Source of the DNA: Podarcis cretensis
Lineage: Eukaryota
Reading direction: 5' to 3'
Length of the DNA: 64,000 nt
Assembly: GCA_951804945.1 (NCBI GenBank)
Contig: OX638166.1
Location: 39,866,001 to 39,930,000, forward strand
Shown one piece after another: positions 61,301 through 64,000 of the stretch. The notes beneath the pieces were generated by a model. The model was not told where the DNA came from and ran no database searches. It saw only the letters and a program-made list of their open reading frames with translations. Every line of letters begins with the position of its first letter. Within the stretch, counting starts at the first letter, position 1. The translations under genes were made by a program, and so were the position numbers.

Positions 61301-64000
61301 CCCCACAGAGGCTGGCTTGCATGAGATGGACATCCGTTACGACAACATGCACATCCCAGGTAACACACACAAAAAGGTGTTTGGCTCTGAGATTACCAAG
61401 CTCACATTGGTTGGAGCAACTAAATGTGCGCTAGTAGGTATCTAAAAGATGTTGATGCCATACCCTCCTCCCACCTCCATAGGTAGCCCACTGCAGTTCT
61501 ATGTGGACTATGTCAACAGTGGCCACGTGACTGCTTATGGACCGGGACTCATCCATGGGGTTGTCAACAAGCCAGCAGTCTTCACCGTCAACACAAAAGA
61601 TGCAGGAGAAGGTGAGTCCGCAAGGCCCACTTGGTGCTTGGAACTGCTCCTGCCCTCTGGTTTTCTGGCCATTTGGGCAAGGCTGTTGATGCTTCTCTTC
61701 TGTGTAAATGCACACAGCAACTACCTGATCCCTCCATTCCTTGCTGCAGGGAAGCAGCAGCAAAAATAGGCTTAGGGTTGTGTGCTCTTCTTAACAAATC
61801 TGTCATTAAGATGCCTAGCAAAACCAAATATGCAACTTGTATAGTCACACACACTTTCTTGGGGGGGGGGTCTGCCTTGATTTTCAGCACAGGAGCACAC
61901 TGCCCTATTTTGGGGCTGGCTCAGTTACTGGGGCACTAGGGCTAATGGCTCTTCCCGTGCTTGACGTCTGATGTTCTGCTTGTTTCCAGGCGGCCTCTCT
62001 CTGGCCATCGAAGGCCCCTCCAAGGCTGAGATTGGCTGCACTGATAACCAGGATGGCACTTGCACAGTGTCGTATCTTCCTGTTCTGCCTGGCGACTACA
62101 ACATATTGGTGAAATACAATGACAAACACATCCCAGGAAGTCCCTTCACTGCCAAGATTACTGGTGAGATCTGGGGCTGGCCCACCTGGGCTAATTAAGG
62201 AAAGAAGGGGGCGGGTGGTAAGCTCACACTGAAGGGGAAGGAGAAGGTAGGCTGCAGGCCCACCTTGACGGCACAATGCCTGCCTTTCTCTGCTTCTGCA
62301 GGAGATGACACGATGCGCATGTCCCATCTCAAAGTGGGCTCCTCTGCCGACATCCCCTTGAACATCACTGAGACGGACCTGAGCCAGCTGACGGCCACTG
62401 TGATCCCACCTTCTGGTCGTGAGGAGCCTTGTCTGCTCAAACACCTACGCAATGGGCATGTTGGTGAGTGACCGAGAAGACCTCCGCTTTTCTGCTTATA
62501 TCTCAAGCCGATTGGCAGAGCTCATGGGTAGAAGAAAAGTTTATATAGGTATAACGATTCTCTTTTGCTTCTTCCTTTCCACCCCATCTTTCTGTAGGAA
62601 TTTCTTTTGTCCCCAAAGAGATTGGAGAGCACATTGTGAACATCAAGAAGAATGGGCTGCACATCCCCAACAGCCCCATCACAGTGATGATCAGCCAGTC
62701 TGAAATTGGCGATGCCAGCCGCGTCAGGGTCTCTGGCCCAGGGCTCAGCGAGGGACGGACATTTGAACCTTCAGAGTTCATTATTGACACAAGAGATGCT
62801 GGTATGCAGGTTTATAATCCTTTGGTTCAAAGACAAGGGCTACTTGCCATGGTGGCTGTCCTGTCGGAGGGAGTTTGCCTCAAATGAGGACCAGTTGCTG
62901 GGAGTGGCAGGTGGGGCGAGTGCTGGCAAGCTTCCTTTGGGCATCTGGTTGACCACTGTTGGGCTAAGGTGGGCCCTCTGGCTTGATCCATCAGGGCTCT
63001 TTAGTTCTTATTCTTGGGGAGCAATACACCAGAAACACAAATCACTAAGTCAATAAGATCCTTGGTTTGTTTTCATCTCTTCTACCCCACTGATCCAATG
63101 TGTTTCACCATGATGATGCTGGCTATTTGTCCTCCAGCTGACAAGCCCCATCTTTGGCTAGCCTGATGTTCAGGAATAGACATAGGAAAGGTAGCATACT
63201 GGTGTTCTACTGCTCCATGCATACTAGTTACAACCCTATGTGCATAGGTGTTTAGAGAAGCCCTTCTTGAAAAGTGGACCATGTGACTTTTGCAGGATGT
63301 ACTGTTATGTGAGCAAGGTAGACTAAAGAGTAAGAAGGAGGGTGCAAAAAGAGGAGATTGCAAAAAGAATTCGGAATCCCTGGAGGAAGTGGGATCCCTG
63401 AAGTGCATCTCAGTGGCAGAGCTCTCAAGTGCTTTTCACTCTGGCAACTGTTTCCAAAGCACAGTGTGTGTTCATATGTACGTGCCTGTATGCACATGTA
63501 TAGCTCATGGTAAAGGTAAAGGGACCCCTGACCATTAGGTTCAGTCATGGCCGACTCTGGGGTTGCGGCGCTCATCTCGCTTTATTGGCTGAGGGAGCCG
63601 ATGTGCAGCTTCTGGGTCATGTGGCCAGCATGACTAAGCTGCTTCTGGCAAACCAGAGCAGCACACGGAAACGCCGTTTACCTTCCCGCAAGAGCGGTAC
63701 CTATTTATCTACTTGCACTTTGGCGTGCTTTCGAACTGCTAGGTTGGCAGCAGGAGGGACCGAGCAATGGGAGCTCACCCCGTCGCGGGGATTCGAACTG
63801 CCAACCTTCTGATCGGCAAGTCCTAGGCTCTGTGGTTTAACCCACAGCGCCACCCGCGTCCCCTATAGCTCATGGTGGTGATGTCCAAACATATAACAAA
63901 GCCCTCTTATTACAAACTGCCTCTCTCTTAGGTTATGGTGGGCTGAGCTTGTCCATTGAAGGCCCCAGTAAGGTCGACATCAATACTGAGGACCTAGAGG
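11571..64000 (+). CDS. FLNA: Filamin A gene, spliced CDS (exons 2-39 in human numbering, 3' end beyond window)
   Basis: Translation includes [31 protein letters not shown] (CH1), [43 protein letters not shown] (FLNA-type CH2) and serial filamin Ig repeats. 38 exons join in frame at GT-AG sites. Confidence 0.98.
15753..15762. promoter_or_regulatory. CArG box (SRF site) CCATATAAGG in intron 2
   Basis: Exact CC(A/T)6GG within a GC-rich, apparently non-repetitive intronic block. Confidence 0.6.
16673..16901. mobile_element. Tc1/mariner (Tigger-like) MITE
   Basis: Right TIR TCCAGAGGTACCACTG followed by TA; degenerate left TIR TAGTCGTACCTCAGGA. Confidence 0.75.
17300..17580 (+). mobile_element. 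CR1 3' fragment with an antisense LINE (probably L2) 3' tail inserted at ~17341-17470
   Basis: CR1 tail TTCTATGATTCTAT; embedded reverse GGCGGGGTATAAATAATAA-type tail. Confidence 0.65.
17792..18235. mobile_element. Tc1/mariner MITE interrupted by a CR1 fragment
   Basis: TA|CAGTGGTACCTCGGGTTA ... TAACCCAAGGTGCCACTG|TA. Confidence 0.85.
17878..18182 (+). mobile_element. CR1 LINE 3' fragment (ORF2 end plus 3'UTR)
   Basis: Typical CR1 ending ...CTTCCAACTCTATGATTCTA, preceded by ORF2 C-terminal remnant. Confidence 0.85.
21254..21502 (+). CDS. FLNA: FLNA exon 3 (CH1/CH2)
   Basis: ctcag|[29 protein letters not shown]...DSCAP|gtaagc; 249 nt. Confidence 0.97.
22000..22097 (+). CDS. FLNA: FLNA exon 4 (CH2)
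   Basis: aatag|[33 protein letters not shown]|gtaagc; 98 nt. Confidence 0.97.
22479..22626 (+). CDS. FLNA: FLNA exon 5
   Basis: tgtag|[49 protein letters not shown]|gtgagt; 148 nt. Confidence 0.97.
22878..23223 (+). mobile_element. Sauria SINE in intron 5
   Basis: Closely similar to the other three copies; ends GGGGTCCCTTTACCTTTA. Confidence 0.92.
23447..23565 (+). CDS. FLNA: FLNA exon 6 (Ig1)
   Basis: cacag|[40 protein letters not shown]|gtgagt; 119 nt. Confidence 0.96.
23696..23773 (+). CDS. FLNA: FLNA exon 7
   Basis: tcaag|[26 protein letters not shown]|gtaaga; 78 nt. Confidence 0.96.
23873..24035 (+). CDS. FLNA: FLNA exon 8
   Basis: tccag|[17 protein letters not shown]...TTYFEIFTA|gtcagt; 163 nt. 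Confidence 0.96.
25787..25987 (+). CDS. FLNA: FLNA exon 9 (Ig2)
   Basis: cccag|[18 protein letters not shown]...SPYTVTIGQ|gtgagt; 201 nt. Confidence 0.96.
26153..26274 (+). other. FLNA: Candidate poison (NMD) cassette exon in intron 9; most plausible core 26186-26256
   Basis: Branch point CTCCTAAC at 26101, long CU-rich tract, acceptors before 26153/26186/26228, donors after 26256 and 26274, TGCATG at 26301-26306. Same intron and similar offset as the mammalian FLNA poison exon. Confidence 0.65.
26477..26614 (+). CDS. FLNA: FLNA exon 10 (Ig3)
   Basis: tacag|[46 protein letters not shown]|gtaagt; 138 nt. Confidence 0.96.
29044..29170 (+). CDS. FLNA: FLNA exon 11
   Basis: cacag|[42 protein letters not shown]|gtaaga; 127 nt. 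Confidence 0.95.
29420..29810 (+). mobile_element. Degraded LINE (L2-like) 3' fragment
   Basis: GTGAACCACCCTGGGAGC...GGGTGGTGTACAAAT followed by an AAAT-rich tail. Confidence 0.5.
30562..30698 (+). CDS. FLNA: FLNA exon 12
   Basis: polyT-ag|[46 protein letters not shown]|gtaacc; 137 nt. Confidence 0.96.
31311..31504 (+). CDS. FLNA: FLNA exon 13 (Ig4)
   Basis: ggcag|[22 protein letters not shown]...KDFYPEK|gtaagt; 194 nt. Confidence 0.96.
32187..32300 (+). CDS. FLNA: FLNA exon 14 (Ig5)
   Basis: tccag|[38 protein letters not shown]|gtgaga; 114 nt. Confidence 0.96.
32464..32607 (+). CDS. FLNA: FLNA exon 15
   Basis: tgcag|[21 protein letters not shown]...IPNSPYR|gttggt; 144 nt. Confidence 0.95.
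32664..32770 (+). mobile_element. Short tRNA-headed SINE with CR1-derived tail
   Basis: TAGCTTAGTTGGTTAGAGCGTGGTGCTGATAAC head plus TTCCTGCATTGCAGGGGGTTG...CTTCCAACT tail. Confidence 0.65.
32937..33060 (+). CDS. FLNA: FLNA exon 16 (Ig6)
   Basis: tctag|[41 protein letters not shown]|gtgagt; 124 nt. Confidence 0.96.
34351..34387. repeat. (CACT)n tetranucleotide repeat
   Basis: Direct reading, one interruption. Confidence 0.9.
35500..35856 (+). mobile_element. Sauria SINE in intron 16
   Basis: Full-length copy, (ACCTTT)2 tail, TSD-like ta(t/c)accaggaa. Confidence 0.92.
35891..36028. mobile_element. Hairpin hAT MITE nested in an older MITE (35861-36147)
   Basis: Inverted ends TCTCAACCTGTGG / CCACAGGTTGAGA; perfect 8-bp TSD CTCCAGAT. 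Confidence 0.85.
36233..36393 (+). CDS. FLNA: FLNA exon 17
   Basis: aaaag|[39 protein letters not shown]...LFADQ|gtaaga; 161 nt. Confidence 0.96.
36489..36579 (+). CDS. FLNA: FLNA exon 18
   Basis: tgcag|[30 protein letters not shown]|gtgagc; 91 nt. Confidence 0.96.
37375..37544 (+). CDS. FLNA: FLNA exon 19 (Ig7)
   Basis: tacag|[19 protein letters not shown]...VKYTPVQQ|gtgagt; 170 nt. Confidence 0.96.
38017..38134 (+). CDS. FLNA: FLNA exon 20
   Basis: ttcag|[39 protein letters not shown]|gtatgt; 118 nt. Confidence 0.96.
40524..40786 (+). CDS. FLNA: FLNA exon 21 (Ig8)
   Basis: tgcag|[21 protein letters not shown]...PPTNPSK|gtagga; 263 nt. Confidence 0.96.
41921..42518 (+). CDS. FLNA: FLNA exon 22 (Ig9-10)
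   Basis: cccag|[14 protein letters not shown]...[11 protein letters not shown]|gtgagg; 598 nt. Confidence 0.97.
43279..43452 (+). CDS. FLNA: FLNA exon 23 (Ig11)
   Basis: accag|[18 protein letters not shown]...EYTPYED|gtgaga; 174 nt. Confidence 0.96.
43978..44140 (+). CDS. FLNA: FLNA exon 24
   Basis: ttcag|[19 protein letters not shown]...NKFTVETR|gtaaaa; 163 nt. Confidence 0.96.
45152..45312 (+). CDS. FLNA: FLNA exon 25 (Ig12)
   Basis: tacag|[21 protein letters not shown]...YGGHQVP|gtaccg; 161 nt. Confidence 0.96.
46480..46650 (+). CDS. FLNA: FLNA exon 26 (Ig13)
   Basis: catag|[23 protein letters not shown]...VKVQGPK|gtaagc; 171 nt. Confidence 0.96.
46733..46856 (+). CDS. FLNA: FLNA exon 27
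   Basis: tgcag|[41 protein letters not shown]|gtatgg; 124 nt. Confidence 0.96.
47596..47752 (+). CDS. FLNA: FLNA exon 28 (Ig14)
   Basis: cacag|[22 protein letters not shown]...LAVQIT|gtaagt; 157 nt. Confidence 0.96.
48627..48816 (+). CDS. FLNA: FLNA exon 29
   Basis: gccag|[23 protein letters not shown]...GDASKCTVT|gtgagc; 190 nt. Confidence 0.96.
49075..49098 (+). CDS. FLNA: FLNA exon 30, 24-nt alternatively spliced microexon (VSIGGHGL)
   Basis: cctcag|TGTCGATTGGAGGTCATGGGCTAG|gtaagc; same peptide as the human 8-aa cassette. Confidence 0.95.
   Translation, partial: CRLEVMG
52943..53190 (+). CDS. FLNA: FLNA exon 31 (Ig15)
   Basis: gccag|[28 protein letters not shown]...IPNSPFQVT|gtgagt; 248 nt. 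Confidence 0.97.
54648..55097. mobile_element. Palindromic MITE (PIF/Harbinger-like ends) with a nested insertion at 54833-54996
   Basis: 21-bp perfect TIR GGGCTTATCCACACTTACTTT; the internal arms pair once the insertion flanked by TTTAAAG repeats is removed. Confidence 0.75.
57184..57285 (+). CDS. FLNA: FLNA exon 32 (hinge 1); 3' boundary inferred
   Basis: cacag|[31 protein letters not shown](GPA)|gtaaca; resembles human ALAGDQPSVQPPLRSQQLAPQYTYAQGGQQTW; no GT directly after the W codon. Confidence 0.82.
57654..57784. mobile_element. Hairpin hAT MITE
   Basis: TIR CAGGGTTTCCCAAACTTGG / CCAAGTTTGGGAAACCCGG; perfect 8-bp TSD ATCTAACC. Confidence 0.88.
58350..58412. repeat. Compound (CT)n(CA)n microsatellite
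   Basis: Direct reading. Confidence 0.95.
60186..60276 (+). CDS. FLNA: FLNA exon 33 (end of hinge 1 / Ig16)
   Basis: tccag|[30 protein letters not shown]|gtaatg; 91 nt. Confidence 0.95.
61219..61359 (+). CDS. FLNA: FLNA exon 34 (Ig16)
   Basis: cacag|[21 protein letters not shown]...YDNMHIP|gtaaca; 141 nt. Confidence 0.96.
61483..61611 (+). CDS. FLNA: FLNA exon 35
   Basis: catag|[22 protein letters not shown]...NTKDAGE|gtgagt; 129 nt. Confidence 0.96.
61990..62163 (+). CDS. FLNA: FLNA exon 36 (Ig17)
   Basis: tccag|[17 protein letters not shown]...SPFTAKIT|gtgaga; 174 nt. Confidence 0.96.
62302..62463 (+). CDS. FLNA: FLNA exon 37 (Ig18)
   Basis: tgcag|[22 protein letters not shown]...LRNGHV|gtgagt; 162 nt. 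Confidence 0.96.
62598..62801 (+). CDS. FLNA: FLNA exon 38
   Basis: tgtag|[20 protein letters not shown]...FIIDTRDA|gtatgc; 204 nt. Confidence 0.96.
63512..63863 (-). mobile_element. Sauria SINE in intron 38, antisense
   Basis: Full-length reverse copy starting GGGACGCGGGTGGCGCTG; perfect 13-bp TSD TATAGCTCATGGT at 63499-63511 and 63864-63876. Confidence 0.95.
63932..64000 (+). CDS. FLNA: FLNA exon 39, 5' part (Ig19; truncated by window end)
   Basis: cttag|[23 protein letters not shown]... Confidence 0.95.

Noticed and set aside
11571-64000. Assignment to FLNB or FLNC
   Set aside because: The CH2 sequence ([10 protein letters not shown]...[16 protein letters not shown]...WDASKP), N-terminal leader, separate 24-nt exon and hinge all match FLNA.
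1-64000. CRISPR arrays, operons, intact autonomous transposons, snoRNAs, or the FLNA Q/R editing site
   Set aside because: Vertebrate intron-exon DNA with no repeat-spacer array, no transposase or RT ORF and no convincing snoRNA boxes by eye. The editing exon lies 3' of this window.

Overview
Vertebrate (squamate, very probably lacertid/Podarcis-like, judged from the Sauria SINE subtype) genomic DNA, not a prokaryotic window. It is dominated by one plus-strand gene, filamin A (FLNA). A CpG island (~10.1-12.8 kb) covers the start, and 38 coding exons (human numbering 2-39) run from the ATG at 11571 to the window end, where exon 39 is truncated. They give ~6337 coding nt (~2110 aa): the actin-binding CH1/CH2 domain, Ig repeats 1-15, hinge 1 and repeats 16-19. 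Traced by hand, all exons splice in frame at GT-AG junctions, and nearly all match the human exon lengths as I recall them. The exceptions are exon 2 (+45 nt), exon 11 (+3), exon 32 (+6, shifted weak donor) and exon 33 (-12). The upstream 10 kb and the introns hold Sauria and other tRNA-derived SINEs, CR1/L2 fragments, hAT/mariner/Harbinger-type MITEs (several nested) and microsatellites. The points most worth follow-up are: (1) a probable reptile counterpart of the mammalian PTBP1-repressed FLNA poison exon in intron 9; (2) a perfect 96-bp inverted repeat from a Penelope-like element carrying a minimal hammerhead ribozyme; (3) a remodelled hinge-1 region with no GT at the human-equivalent donor position and a candidate extra in-frame cassette exon; (4) CArG/SRF regulatory modules. 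I see no new protein-coding system. Almost all ORF-track entries are exon read-throughs, antisense shadows, repeat artefacts or chance ORFs.
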